Shown here piece after piece: positions 24,950 through 37,700 of a DNA stretch of 64,000 nucleotides. Within the stretch, counting starts at the first letter, position 1. Every line of letters begins with the position of its first letter. The DNA comes from Vicugna vicugna. Lineage: Eukaryota. The notes below the pieces were generated by a model. The model made no database searches, was not told the DNA's origin, and saw nothing but the letters and a program-made list of their open reading frames with translations. Both the position numbers and the translations under genes were made by a program. The stretch is from assembly GCA_013265495.1 (NCBI GenBank), contig MU058418.1, forward strand, positions 186,001-250,000. Reading direction: 5' to 3'.

Positions 24950-25262
24950 TTTTTTAGAGTTCCCCCAGAAGTGGACTCTGAGATGAGGATTTGGAGTGAG
25001 TAGTTTCTTTGGGAGGAGACAGAGAAGGGCTGAAAACCAGCAAGGACGGGGGCATGGTAACGGGCTTCCAGTGGGGAGTCCCTGGCTAAGGCCAGAACTG
25101 AGGGAGGTAATAGAGGTGTCCAATGGGGGCATGGCGGGGGCAGAGGGACACCCTGGCTCACCTGGGCAACCCGGGAAGGCGGAAACCCTGCTGTGCCATT
25201 CCCTTCCCGCTCCTTGCACACCCCCCAAGGAAACAGCCGACCCTGAGGAAGATGCTATACAC
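24950..25262 (-). mobile_element. LTR16-like ERVL solo LTR remnant
   Basis: cccccagaagtggactctgagatgaggatttggagtgagtagtttctttgggagg resembles the LTR16 3' end in reverse. Confidence 0.5.
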
Positions 25263-28200
25263 TAGGTAAATGGCTCCATGGTAAACGTACTCAACAATCC
25301 TAGGAGGTGGAAAAACTCTTCATAAAAAACTCTCATTTTACAAGTGAGGAAACTGGCTCAGAGAAGTGAGGAACATGCTCAGGATCATACTGTCAGGAGT
25401 GGCCCCCAGGCCCCCTGTCCTGTGCTTTTGTGGCTACAGTCCCCACTGAGTGATGGGGAGCCGCTGGTGCTGATGGACGGATCCACTGAAGGTACAGCTT
25501 ATTTACAGAGATCAAAGCCAACAAAGGGTAGACATGGGAGGCCCTGGAGGGTGAAGACGGAACTCTGGGAACTTCTGTCGGAGGGGAGGGTGGGTAAACA
25601 CCAGAAGATAACAGTAACAGGAAGGAAAGAGCAGTCAGAATGTCAAGGTTAGAAGATACTACATTAAGGTTTCTATAACAACCATTACTCACATCTAATA
25701 AACACAGTATGCAGCTGTGCAGAAGACCACCAGTGCTTATAATTTCATGACCTGGAGACAAATAACTGTAACCTCTGACATATACCTAACAAGACTTCTT
25801 TCCTTGTTTCCCCAAGACCTTCCTTGGGGAGGAAACAACATTAAAGCAAATTGTAGGGGGGAAATTTGCTTTGGAAATAACTTTGTCAATGTTTAAATGG
25901 GCATATCTTGATCTTCCTCATAACTGTGAGCTTATAAAGACCTACAACCAAATCTTTCAGTAACTTACAGAGCCTCACACACTTGAAAATTATGATGAGA
26001 AATGAGTAAAGGCCAGAAGGCCAAAGAACCTGGGCCAGGAAGTTTTTTACTTCAAGTGGATCTTAAGCTGAGCACGGGCAGGAACTCTTGGGTCCAGCTG
26101 AGGGTGGAAACCCTGGTTCAGAGTAAGCCCTCTGTACCATCAACTGTTATTAACTACTGATAAATTCCACAAAAAGCTGCAGAAAAAATGGAAGTTGACA
26201 ACAAACTCAGTGTGACCTGGTCTGAGATCACCTTTGATCACTATTGTTATTTCCATTATACAAAGTTAGGATATCAACTTCTACACATTTTCCCAACACA
26301 TGACTTCAAAACCTCTATTGAAAAGAGCTGAGCATTAAATTATGTGTAAAGATTCAAAATCAGTTGTTCATCACACGGTTACCTAGTCAATAATAACATA
26401 TGTCAAAGTTCACTGGGGAAATCTCAACTACAAAATCAAAAAATGCATAAAGTAGACGAAAGGAAATATGCCCAAATGTTAATTACCTCCAATTAGGATG
26501 ATTATGGATGATTCTTTTTTTTTATATTTTCCTCTGCTTTCCAAATATCCTATAGTGAGCATGCAATTCTTTGAAAAAAATTTTAATGAAAAGATAAGAA
26601 GTATACCCATCTTCACTGCCTAGCCAAATCACATTCTGTCTACAAACAGCAACAAGCTAAGAATGTAAAATTCAAATCATTTAACTTGTAAGCATTAAAT
26701 ACTGATGCTCTAAGAAACAATATAACTGACAAACTAGTGTGGATCTCTCATTTCCTAACTGTCCCTTAAGTATCGCCTCTGAAGGGGTAAAAAGTTCCTC
26801 AGTATGGAGAGAGGGGGAGATTAGAAAAAAGTCTCAGCTACAAGCCCAGGTGTGAACAGAAAGGTGGAAAGATCAGCTTTGAACACTAAGGAAATGTCAT
26901 TTCCTGGTGGGTACATTGTAGGTTCTATCAATGCGCTGCCTGATACTTGGAGTGTTTTTTAAAATAAGCCATATTTCGTGGGAGGGAAAAGAAAAATCCA
27001 GACCAAGGCTTCTGGATCAGGGATCCAAGCGGAGCACTGAGGCCTGGTCACTGAGAGCCTGCGGCCGGCTCAGGAGACAAAAGGGCTAGAGAGCAGGTGA
27101 GCATTTCTCCAGGCCGGACTTGCTGTGTTCCTGCATTCTGGAAGATGGATGCACAGCCCTTTCGTTGGGGCCCTCTCGTGTCTGAGCACCCTGGGAGACA
27201 TTCTGACCCGCACCTGGAGCCCTCCATCCCTGATTCCTCAAAACTGGACCAAACTGGGCAAATCAGGGGCCTGCCCCAGGGGCCCTGGCTCCAGGGTGAA
27301 GCAGCATGAGGCAGTGGGGAGAGGGAAGGGGAGATCTGGGGAGCTGAGGAGTAGCTGGGTTACAGAAAAAGGAAGGAGTGTGCTGAGGTCACCGGCTCAA
27401 AGTGCATAAGAAGGAGTCACAAGCATCTGACTGGGGAAACTGTCCTTGCTAAGAGCTGGATTCAAGACCACGGTAAGGTGAGCAGGGGGCACCCGGCGTG
27501 GCGATTTCTTGGTAAAGCCCTCTACCCGCACAGGATCACTGGTCTCTACCTTAAGTACCCAACAGGTTGCCAAAGGAAAATGTCCTCTAGTGCCACCCAC
27601 AGCAGGCTGGGAGAGACCCGGGGCACCTGTCGAGTTCTTTAAGAGATTCGCGCTCCTGACAGCAGCCAGCCCAGGGCTCCCGCGAGAACAGCGCGGGGCT
27701 AATCTGAGGCGCTGGAGGCTTGCGGCTGCCCAGAGTCACGCACGACAAGCAGCAGGCCCAGAAATGGGAAGTACTTGGGCTTCCTGAAACCTCGCCGTTC
27801 AAATCCCAGCCAGCTGACTCAGGATTCTGCCCCACTACGTCGGAAACGTCCAGGGGACCTGGGACTCACCCTGGGCTGAGGTTCGGTTCATAGACCTGGC
27901 CGGGCAGCCCTGACTTCAGGCCACTCTGGGCATGTTCCCCCGACCTCCACTCCTGTGTCGAGGCAAACTTGCACCACCTGAGCAAATTCTTGAGAACGTG
28001 AGCCCCAGGAGGGGAATGTGATCAGAACCTGAGACCCTGGGGATGGTGGCCATGCAGCAATGCCATATACAAAAGGTAAAGCAGGGAGGACAGGCCCAGA
28101 CCATTTAAAAAGTGTTATTAATAAAACAAACAAGGATTTAAACAGTTTAACTAAGACCTAACAAAAGCATACTTCATCCTGCCAATCCACATGATCTGAC

Positions 28201-29945
28201 TTCATGAAACCTCCCCACTGCAGGTCATACTGATTTTTAAAAATTAAACATAGAAAGGGAGGACAGCAGTTAACATTCACGTAGCGCTGGCTCCGAGGTC
28301 AGAGTGTCCACACGTTCACCTGTGCAATCCTCACTTACTCTGCAGAAAGAGGACCAGAGGGACCAGTAAGCTGTACCTCCCTTGGAGGGGGGCTGCTGCA
28401 GAGCAAGGCGAGGAGAAAGAGGCGGGGTGGACTCGGAAGTGATGGCTTCATTCCAGCCCTCCAAGAAGAGCTGGGACTGAAGGGGACACTAACAACCATC
28501 CCTGCTTTGCTTTCTCCCTTCCCTGCTGAGTACCCATTTGTAGGCTGGGCTCTGATGCAGGAGCAAGTCAATGAGCCAGACAGGCCCTCAGACCACCAAG
28601 GTAGGGACCAATGCAGCCGACAAGGAAGAAAGTGGAATTCCCTACTAAACTTCAGAGGCAGATCGAATCCGGGTTCTAGCTATGTTTAGCTTCTAACCCT
28701 GGGCAAGTGGCTTAACCACCCAAGCCTTGGCGCTTTTTTCTTACAAGGCAGCTGCACACGCTACCTTACCTCCTAGAGACTTTGTGAAACTACAAAGGAG
28801 AAAGTAAGTGCCTGGCTTACAGTACTCAGGAAACGTTGCCTACTATAAAGCTTCTTAAAAAAAAAAAGATGTTTAAAGTGCATCTTAATAGTGAATGCTC
28901 TTAAAAACTGTAAAATTAAATAAAATGGTTTAAAACTTTTTAAAAAGTCTAGTAATGTTTCTTTCAAATGAAAGAAACAAACATTAAACTGGAAGGGGTG
29001 AAATCAAAATGCTCTCCCTAAGGACAGGAAGAATGTTCCCATGCCATCTACTCTTGCAGGGCTGTCTGCGTCTGCAGGAGCGGCTGGGAGCCTCAGGGCT
29101 CTCAGAACCCGGTCCTCTTGGCAAGGGCATCCTACCCATGGGACTTAAAAGGACATGTTTGCAATTTGTTTTTATTTTTAGACACATCTGCAAATGCAGT
29201 TTGAAAAATACCAGTACTCACAAAACCAGGGCAATTTTCCCCGAGTTTTTCTAAAGCTGTAATTGTCACTGCCTTCCTTATTCAGTCAGAGCACCACCTC
29301 ATCTTTCAGCACGCAGCGGCGGACAACCGCGCAGCCGTGCCTGCCTGCGATGTGGCGTTTCACCCTTCAGACACTGCATTTTCTGAATGTGACTATATGT
29401 GACATGTTCTCAGCTAAAGGCTTCTACTTGCTTATTAAGCCCTCCCTGACCTCGAGAAGGGCTACCTCCTTGGACATCAATGGTAGGAGGAGCCAGACTC
29501 TGCTTTAACTTTAACCTTGGTATCTAGAAGCTGGGGTCAAGGAGGAAAGGAGGGCCAACGCATCCCAGAAGCCACTCATGTGACCAACTAGACAATGGTG
29601 ACTAATTTTCCTGCGAAGTATAAGCAGAGTTTCCTCTGTACTTCCCACTTTTTCAAGTGTTTTTCTTGTGACCATATGAGCTAATCAGAGTTGGAGCACA
29701 GTCGGGTGTTAGCTTCCTGCCACCCCTCAAACTCCTCCTTTAACTTACTAGCGCCACACTCAAACCAACAGCCCCTTCCAAATAGGAAAAGAGTAATAAG
29801 TGATTTATTCAATTTTATAATCAATGCAACTGATGCAACTGTGTTGTATTTGCTGGCCAGTGATAATTGAAAATCACTGATTTTCAAGATGAGGAGAGGT
29901 GGCCATTAATAGAGAACAGAACACCAAAAGGGCTGACTTTAAATA

Positions 29946-30082
29946 CAGTCAGCCTTCCATATCTGTGGGTTCTGACTCCCAGAATACAGAGGACCCACTG
30001 TAAGGGCCTTCGAGCAACTGCAAATTTTGGTATCTGAAGGGGGTCCTGGACCCAATTCTCCAAGAATATTGAGGGACAGCTG
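29946..30082. mobile_element. MER2/Tigger-type non-autonomous TcMar element (internal deletion derivative)
   Basis: TA|cagtcagccttccatatc...attgagggacagctg|TA, with imperfect TIRs and TA target duplication. Confidence 0.8.
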
Positions 30083-31949
30083 TACGCGTTTCAAGTTGAA
30101 TTAAAAATGGAAGAAGGTGAGCTGCTGAGAAAAACTCACCTCTAAAACAATAGTTTGTAAACAGTCTGATCATCCAGTGACTTACATACCACGCATTAAC
30201 ACCGCTCCAAGCGCAACAGCACTTCTCCTGTTTGACATACTGAAGGCCTGATGCCAGTGTGGAGAGCCCTTAGCTTGGCATGTGCGAGTCATGTGTGGCA
30301 GCTAGTTCCAGAAAATACAAGAGCCTGGGCTGAAATAAGAATGTTGCAAGAGATACTGGAACATGGTAAGGGGGGAGAAGAACAGGAAATAAACAGCAAG
30401 AGAAAGGTGATTTTATGTGCTCACTAAGCACATAAAATATCTGTCTGGGGGCATGGTTTTGTGTGTGAGACTTTAGATTTTATGTTTAAAAATTACCATA
30501 GGGTAAAATTTACTCTCTAGATAACATGTGTACATCCCTGTAGCCACCATCAGGAGGATACAGAAAAGCTTTTACCCCCAAAATTAATTCTACAAATAAT
30601 TTCTCCAAACTTACTTTAGCCAATAATGGGCAGTGAATAATAGGGAGTTAACCATAATATGTCATCAAAATTAAGTGCCAGGAAGGAAAACAAAAAACAA
30701 AAACCACTACATCCCAACCTCCCATACACTTACACCAAATTATTTTTGCTGGTTGGCTGGCAACCTTCATGTGTTCCTACACTTTAAGATTTGAGGTACT
30801 TAAGACACATCCCCCAATTTTTCACCAGGGTGAACCTCACTGCTTCAGGGACTTTTAGACAGCTCTAACAAGTGCCAGGTGGGACACTGCTGTAGGAGAT
30901 GAAATTTTCACCTAATCAAAACTCTGTCAGGGTTATTTCAAAAATTTTTTCTTTCTAATTATTAGAACTTCTGCTCTTCTTTTTCTCATTTAAGGGATGC
31001 GTAAGAACCCAGAAGTGACCAAAAGAAAGAGGGTAAAGAAAATGTGTTCATGTTGTCCCTTTAACAGATTATTGGGATGCTGACCATCCTGTCTACTAGG
31101 TCCTAAGTGGTCTCTCTTCTATTACGAGTGCTTTGGGCATGGTGCAGGAAGGGAAGGCATAAAGTTTTTCTGCTAAATTACCTCATCAAGGAGATGGCCT
31201 CTCTGGTAAGTCATGTTCAGTGGAGGCGTTTTTGATGTGACATATTTTAACGGTTCTAGATTTCTGTCAATTTTTCATTTCAAGGGCCATACACACAGCG
31301 GCTAGCCCCCTAGTAGGAAAGGATACACTGTTCTGGAATCCAAGACGCTCTCCATTTATTTAGCAAAAATTTATTGAGCACGTACTAAGTTATCAGATAG
31401 TGGGTTAGTGGCTGGGGATGGAAAACTGTGAAGAAGATTCAACACCTTGCGCAAATCTCAGTACCAGGAGTGAGGGAAACCGACAGGGTGCTGTATGGTG
31501 ACATGAAAATGGAAATCAGGGATGGATGGTTTAAAAAAACACCCCGAGAAAAACTGGGGGGCTGGGTTGGGAGCACGGATAATAGAACAATCTCCTCGGT
31601 CTCCCTCTCGATTCTATCCCAAGCCAGCCCCAGCCGAGAGAGCTCACTTCCTTGCCTCAGTTTCCCAAAGCGCAGCTCGCGGGTACTTTTCGCGTTGCCC
31701 TGGGGCACGGGAAACATTCTCAAAAGTTACATTAAGAAGACGAAGTTGAACGGCTATGACTCTTAAGTGCTTAGCCCTGTTCCGCACACCCTTGTCTGGT
31801 AGGCATTTGCATTGTATTGCATTGCGTGTAAGATTCTTGGCCTGGCGACAGGCCACCTGAGCTCAAACTTTTACCTTTGTAAAAACACCTTGGAAAAAAA
31901 AAAATGTGTCGACACGCAAGGCCCTCACGGGCGCTGCAGCACAACTCAC

Positions 31950-32300
31950 CGACCCGGGAGACCAAGTCTGCGTGGGAACTCACGTTTACAAGAAAGGGGG
32001 GGCGATCACGAGGGGCGGTGGGCGCCCCAGCTTCGGCTCCGCGGCCGGCCGGGAAGGCCTCGCGCCAGCCGGGCGCACGCCCAAGGCGCCGGGCCCGCCT
32101 CCAGCTCCCGGGCAGCGCGAACTGCGAACTGCGCCGTGGACGGCCGGGAAGGGAGCGCCGCGCCCCCTAGCGGCGGGGCCCGTCCCAGTCCGCTCCCGGC
32201 CGCCGCCGCCGCCGCCGCGGGCCTGCCTTGCTCCATTTGCTGACTCCGGAGGCAGCGTCCCTCCGAGTGGCGGCTTCTCGGGCCTCCCGCTCCCCGCTCG
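31950..32300 (-). other. BEND3: Possible alternative non-coding first exon of BEND3
   Basis: Donors TCG|gtgagt (31944-31949) and AAC|gtgagt (31978-31983) at the downstream edge of the CpG island, with a GCC repeat at 32198-32218. Inference only. Confidence 0.4.
32160..32173 (-). promoter_or_regulatory. CTCF motif
   Basis: Minus strand reads CCGCTAGGGGGCGC, a near-perfect match to the CTCF core consensus CCACTAGGGGGCGC. Confidence 0.65.
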
Positions 32301-32827
32301 GGCATCTCCCTCCAGTCCCCGCCCCCTGCTGCTGCTCTGACACCCCCTTCTGCACGCCGAGCCATCCCCCGCCGCAGCCCGGCCGAGGGCGAGCCCACCG
32401 CCGGCTTCGCAGCCTTCCGGCGGCCCCGGCCACTCCATCGCGGCGCCCGGCAGGGGTGTGGGGCCCGCGCACGGCGCGAGTGGGGCGGCGGCGCGGACGG
32501 TTCCACTATGCGTTCCCCCCGCCCCCGCGCAGCGCGCGTGCTCCCCGGAACGCCATGGAGCCGCCGCGTTCCGAGCGGGCACAAAGGGGCGCGCGGCACA
32601 ATGGGCGCGGTGAGCCCGTGGGCGCCGGGCGCCCGGTCGCGGCGCGGCTCGGCCCGGCGCGGGGGTGGGCGCTCCTCCCGGCGGGCGCGCTCAGGGCAGC
32701 CCCCCTGCGCGTCCCCTCCCTTGCTCCCGCCCCCACCCCGGCATGGATGTTGCAGCCACTCTCCCGTCCGTCTGCTCCGGAGCCGCCGCCGCCACCGCGC
32801 GGCCGGCTTGATCCGCCCCGCACTTAC

Positions 32828-33250
32828 CTGGGACACGAGTTCTGTACTTTGCAGAGCGGGCCCGCGCCGAGTTGGGGCGCCACGTGGGGGGTGAAGGGAG
32901 CGCGGGTCCGGGGAGTGGGGGCCGCGCGCGGAGGGCCAGGCCGGGGCGGCCCGGGGAGTTGCTGGGGGCAGCGGGCGGGTGCCGTGTATTTTCCCCTCTC
33001 TTTGTGTGTGTCCGTGCGCTGCGCTCTCGCGTGACGTGACGGGACTCCGTGTGTCATTTCCGCACAAGGACACAGGAGCCCCCGCTGCAGTGGAACCACA
33101 ACCCCTCCGCCCCCACCCCTGGCCCGCCCCTCCCCCTCAGCGGGGCACACGCGGGACCGGCGGCGGCGCTCGGGCGTGAACGGCCGCGGCGGGGAGCTGG
33201 GGCGCGCACTCCGGGGACCGGGGCGGCCCGGCGCGCTCATCCGGTGCCGC
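32828..33250 (-). other. BEND3: Probable non-coding exon 1 of BEND3 (5' boundary approximate)
   Basis: Consensus donor CAG|gtaagt (GT 32826-32827) inside the CpG island upstream of the ATG exon. The TSS cannot be determined from sequence. Confidence 0.65.
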
Positions 33251-36200
33251 GCCGCTCCACGTGGGCCCGCGCCCGTTGCCCCAGGCGGGGGGCGGCGGCC
33301 GCGCACCCACGGTGCGCCGGGCCAGCGCTGGTTAACAATGTCCCCTGCCCACCCTGGGTTCTCCCGCTGCGAGTCATTTCTCTAAAACGTGGTTTCTCAG
33401 ACCCAAGGAGTTTGACCTGAAAAGCCTCTTTTTCTACTTTTTTTTTTTTTCCTCCGCGACTGTGCGGGGCGCCTCCTCCCCTGGCGCCCGCGCCTCTCCC
33501 TCAGTTTTGGTTTCTCGGCTGTGGCCCAGGCCCCCCGGGAGAGTATTCCCGCGCCGCGGTCGGCACAAAGACACCGGGGCGCGGGGACCCGAGTGGCCCC
33601 TGCAGCCCCGCGATGCCGGCATGGAGTCTGGCGGGCCGCGGGAGAGCGACCCCAGCTCTGGGAAACACTGATTCTGGCCACTCCCCCAGCAGGGTGGCCG
33701 CCCTCTGTTGTGAGCCTAAGAGCTAAAAATCTGCCTTCTACTTGTAACCCGAAGTTTTGAGGTTTGAGGCTGCAGAGCCAGAGAGATTTAGAAGTGCGCG
33801 CGCTCACAGACCCACATGCCACAGACAAGCCCACGGGTTATCTGCGCCGAGCTCTTAAAATAGAAAAACACGAGTCACCAACTCAATAAAGGCTGACTCT
33901 TTTTACTCTTAACTCCCGGACTGGAGATTCCAGGTTGATAAATACGAAACCTACCCCTCGGGTATTTTCTCAAGTCTCAGTCACTTGAATGGGTGTGGCA
34001 TGTGAGGGTCAGGGAAGCCCAAACCAACAGTTAAGCCATGTTTGTATTTTAGGCAAACAATGAGAATGTAAATTTTTTTTTTTAAAAAAATCCTTTAATT
34101 TGCCCGTCAAAAAAAGTATAAAAAGAAAAATGCAAATGATCCCATCTGCTGCTCACAGCTGACTGGCTGCAAGGGAGGACCATGTGGCCCAGCCCTGCGC
34201 GGTCAGTGAATAGGTAGAATAGATTTTAAAAGGAGGCATATGCTGGCTCCTTGCCGCCCAGGCGCGGGGAGGTTTTGAATTAACGTATAGTTTTGGATTA
34301 CCGTATCCTCTTCCAGAACACTCCAACTGGGAATTTAGCAATTATGCAAGTTCTTCCCCTTCGGGTTTGAAATCTAGAGGCTAGAGGTTATCTAAGACCT
34401 TTGAGGAACTACGTGGAACATTCTCGAACTGTATTTGGATAGCCGATTTTGAGACGTCAGTTTTAACTGCTATGCAAAATTAGCAAGCAGCCGGGAGAAC
34501 CAAGCCCTGCATCCAGGGGGTGCTTTTATAAAAGAATCCATACGTGCTCAGTGTCATTCAAAACAGGATGATGAAAAGAATGGGGCCGAGATAGCAGCCC
34601 TTCAAATTCAAAAGACTTGAGCTGCCCTATCTACATTTAAAATAGGGCGGACGGAGGAAGGGAGGAGGACCGCTTGGGGCAGAATGGTTAATTTATACAT
34701 TCCCAGAAGACAGAATGGAGTACTTCGATTTCTGCCGGGAACTTGACTTTTAACACTCTCACGTTAAATAACACGTATGTTATATAGTACAACGCTTGAC
34801 TTAGTTAACAGATATAGCAGTTTTAGTCTAACCTTCAACAAAATGTGACAAAATTAGAATTTAAAAAGTGTAAGTTGCATTTCATTAGTTCAGTTTTCTA
34901 GAATTTCCCAGTGGAAGAATTAGAAAGAGTTGAGTAGCATTTAAGCTCACTTTGCATTTTTATACCAAGTGGTTTAAAAATGTAAAATGACTTTGTTACA
35001 TATTTACAAAGGGGACTAGATGAAATGTGTGTTAAGGGATATATATCTCTAGTCAGTAATTCACAATAACTACTCAGGTACTGAAGGATAAATTCAATTT
35101 AAAAACACTAGAAATAAAATAATTAGAAATTAGCATTTCTTTGTTCGCATTGTTTGAAACCAAAGGTTTTGCCAAAAGAATAATTTTATTAATAAGTAGC
35201 ATCTAAGGCAAGCAGCGTGCTTAACTGAAATAAACTGACTTTCCCAAACATTATCTCTCAGGAAACGACAAAGTGACCTTGAGTATCACTGTAAATTTTG
35301 TATCGTAATTTGCATAACTGGATCAATATTGCTACTTAACAAAGTAGTCTGTTCCAAATAAGTTATTAACAGATTAAAAATGGAAGTTATCACTATGTAG
35401 GAAAGTAAACTACCTACCTTCAGATGGTTTTGTGTGTTTATATGAGGTTTTTTTTTTTAAAATAAGGAGAAAGGGAAAACAGTACAAAAAGATAAAAACA
35501 AATGCATTGGAATAGTTGTATTCCAGTGTATTTTGGAGCATTTAAAAAATAATAATTCTGAAAGTGCTGTTGGATAAAAGGAATGCCTTATGAAAAAATA
35601 TGAATAAACATATAGGGAGAGGAAGGAGGTACATAAAACACAATTCTTGCCTGACAGAATCTTAAGAAGTCAGTAGGAGTGACTGTTAATGGCTCATAAG
35701 GATGTGCAAAAGACCTGAAAAACATAACCTGAGCTTTTGAGGCCTGCTTGATTGGAAATTCCTTAATTAGAAGTGCATTTTTTCAGGATTTCAAATTAGA
35801 GCTGCTACAGTTGATCTAATGAACTCGTTTCCAATTTTACCTGAGTAAAATTCAGCAGGGGGGAAATTGGCTACTTGGCCATACAAAGGATTCACATAAA
35901 ACTAACTGTAAAAACTCCAAAGGAAAATCACACAGCATTTAATGAAGGGTTATAACATTAACATTAAAGATAATGTTACTGTATATAATTAAGAGTGGCA
36001 GATAGCTAGAAATCAGGTTTCAGGTATCTTTTAGCTGTTGCTCTAAAGGTTTGATCATCACTAAAATACAGTTGCCAAGACAGTATTTAGTAGGACTTTT
36101 TCTCCGCCAGTAGTTAAGTCTTAAAACAATGCAACAGATTTCACTGTTACTTGTAGACATTTCCACTGTATTTCTTGCCTGCTGGATGTATAATTTTGCC

Positions 36201-37022
36201 AAGCCTTCAATTACAAACAGAAGTAGCTGGCAGATCCTGATTCCGTGAATACTCAGAACAGAGAAGAGCAAAAAAGGGACAGAGGAGCATATAGTCACTT
36301 TATTAAATAGAACCTACTGAAAGACACACCTTGCTAAATAACTTGCAAAACTGACTTTTGGTTAGGAAGTTGGGCTCAGGGAGTTGAGTTTGACTCCTTG
36401 TGTGCTGAAGGGAAAAAAACCTATCTTTAGTGGAATCAGGAGCAGGTAAATGACACACCATGACCCAATGCGGGGAGGAAAAATGAGATTTTGAATGAAA
36501 AGCTGCAGAGAATTTGTGCTGGGCAGTTTTCCTTAAGTGTAGAAGAACTACTGAATAATTTATAGCAGCTTGAGATTTTAAGCACCCAGCACAACCATTA
36601 GGATCTGATTTTAGCCAAATGTCTGGCTTGCACAATAGGATTCTGCAAACAAAAAGACGTATTAGGGAGAGTGAAAACTGCTGCAATCCCATTCTTAATT
36701 TCAAGCCTTTGAGAAAACAAATGCCAATTCAAACTAGAGCTCATTCTGAGCCCAGAGTGCTAGCTGGAGGCGCTGCAGGCACCAGGGCCCCCAAGCCCAG
36801 AGGGGCACCCAAGGGCCTGCAGTCAGGAATCCCCACACTAATCACACAGCTGCAGGGACAGGCAGAAAGCAGGGAGCAGGAGGCTGGTTTCCCAGCCAAT
36901 CAGAACCCCTGCCCCCCCCCATGGAGATACGTAGTGCTTTAGTCCTTGGCTGGTTTTAAGAAATTATTTTATGCTGTGGATCAAAAAACTTTAAATGACT
37001 ATCCATACATACATATATATCT

Positions 37023-37142
37023 GGGGGGGAGGGCGGTAATTAGGTTTACTCATTTATTTTTAGGGGGGTACAGGGGATTGAACCCAAGACATATGCTTTC
37101 ATATGCTAAGCACACACTCTACCACCTGAGCTATACCCTCCC
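37023..37142 (-). mobile_element. tRNA-Ala-derived camelid SINE
   Basis: ggggattgaaccc...atgctaagcacacactctaccacctgagctataccctccc and the taattaggtttac tail. Confidence 0.88.
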
Positions 37143-37199
37143 TGCTGCATTTAAAAAATCTTACCTGATTTATCTGAAGTCTCCACTGTGAAATGAAAC

Positions 37200-37700
37200 A
37201 CCTCATAGAAATGAACTCGAGATCCAGTGATTCTACTTCTAGGAATCCATCCAAGAGTAATCTTCAACCAAGGCTATATCTGTAAGGATGTTCATTGCAG
37301 GATCGTTCGTAATAGCAGAAAATTGGAGAGAACTTCTAAAACAGTCAGAGATGACACATGCCATGGCATACTATGTGGGCCTTAGAAACAGGGAAGGTAC
37401 TCCTTTTTATGGGAACAGAAAAGTGCCTATGACATATTATTGAGTAAAAAGAAAATTACAGATCTCTACATAGTGTAATCCCATTTTTGTAAAGAAAAGA
37501 AGAAGAAAGAAAAACACGTATGTACATATATCCAGATGTGAACAGAAAAGATCTGGAAAACACAGGGATAAGTAACAGTGGTTACCTGTGAGGTATAGAA
37601 TGGTAGAGAGGAAAGAAAGGACTTTTACTTTCTCACATTAAACTTCTGTGTAATGTTTGATTTCATTTTCCTCCCACAATGAGCATCTATTGCTTTTGTA
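37200..37700 (+). mobile_element. L1ME-type 3' fragment
   Basis: ctacttctaggaatccatcc...aaggatgttcattgcag...taacagtggttacc...tattgcttttgta. Confidence 0.65.

Larger units (their letters stand above)
31900..33860. promoter_or_regulatory. BEND3: CpG-island promoter of BEND3
   Basis: About 2 kb of very high GC and CpG density. Contains many GC boxes, CACGTG E-boxes (32881-32886, 33258-33263), a CRE-like TGACGT (33032-33037) and G-runs. Confidence 0.93.

Noticed and set aside
30134..30150. Strong minus-strand donor GAG|gtgagt directly after ttttag (possible recursive splice site)
   Set aside because: AG and GT are separated by 2 nt and the intron is only about 14 kb; no plausible exon.
31812..33834. 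Many overlapping Arg/Gly/Pro/Ala-rich ORFs up to 355 aa
   Set aside because: Stop-codon depletion in a CpG island. Only the frame that overlaps the BEND3 ATG after splicing was kept, as a uORF hypothesis.
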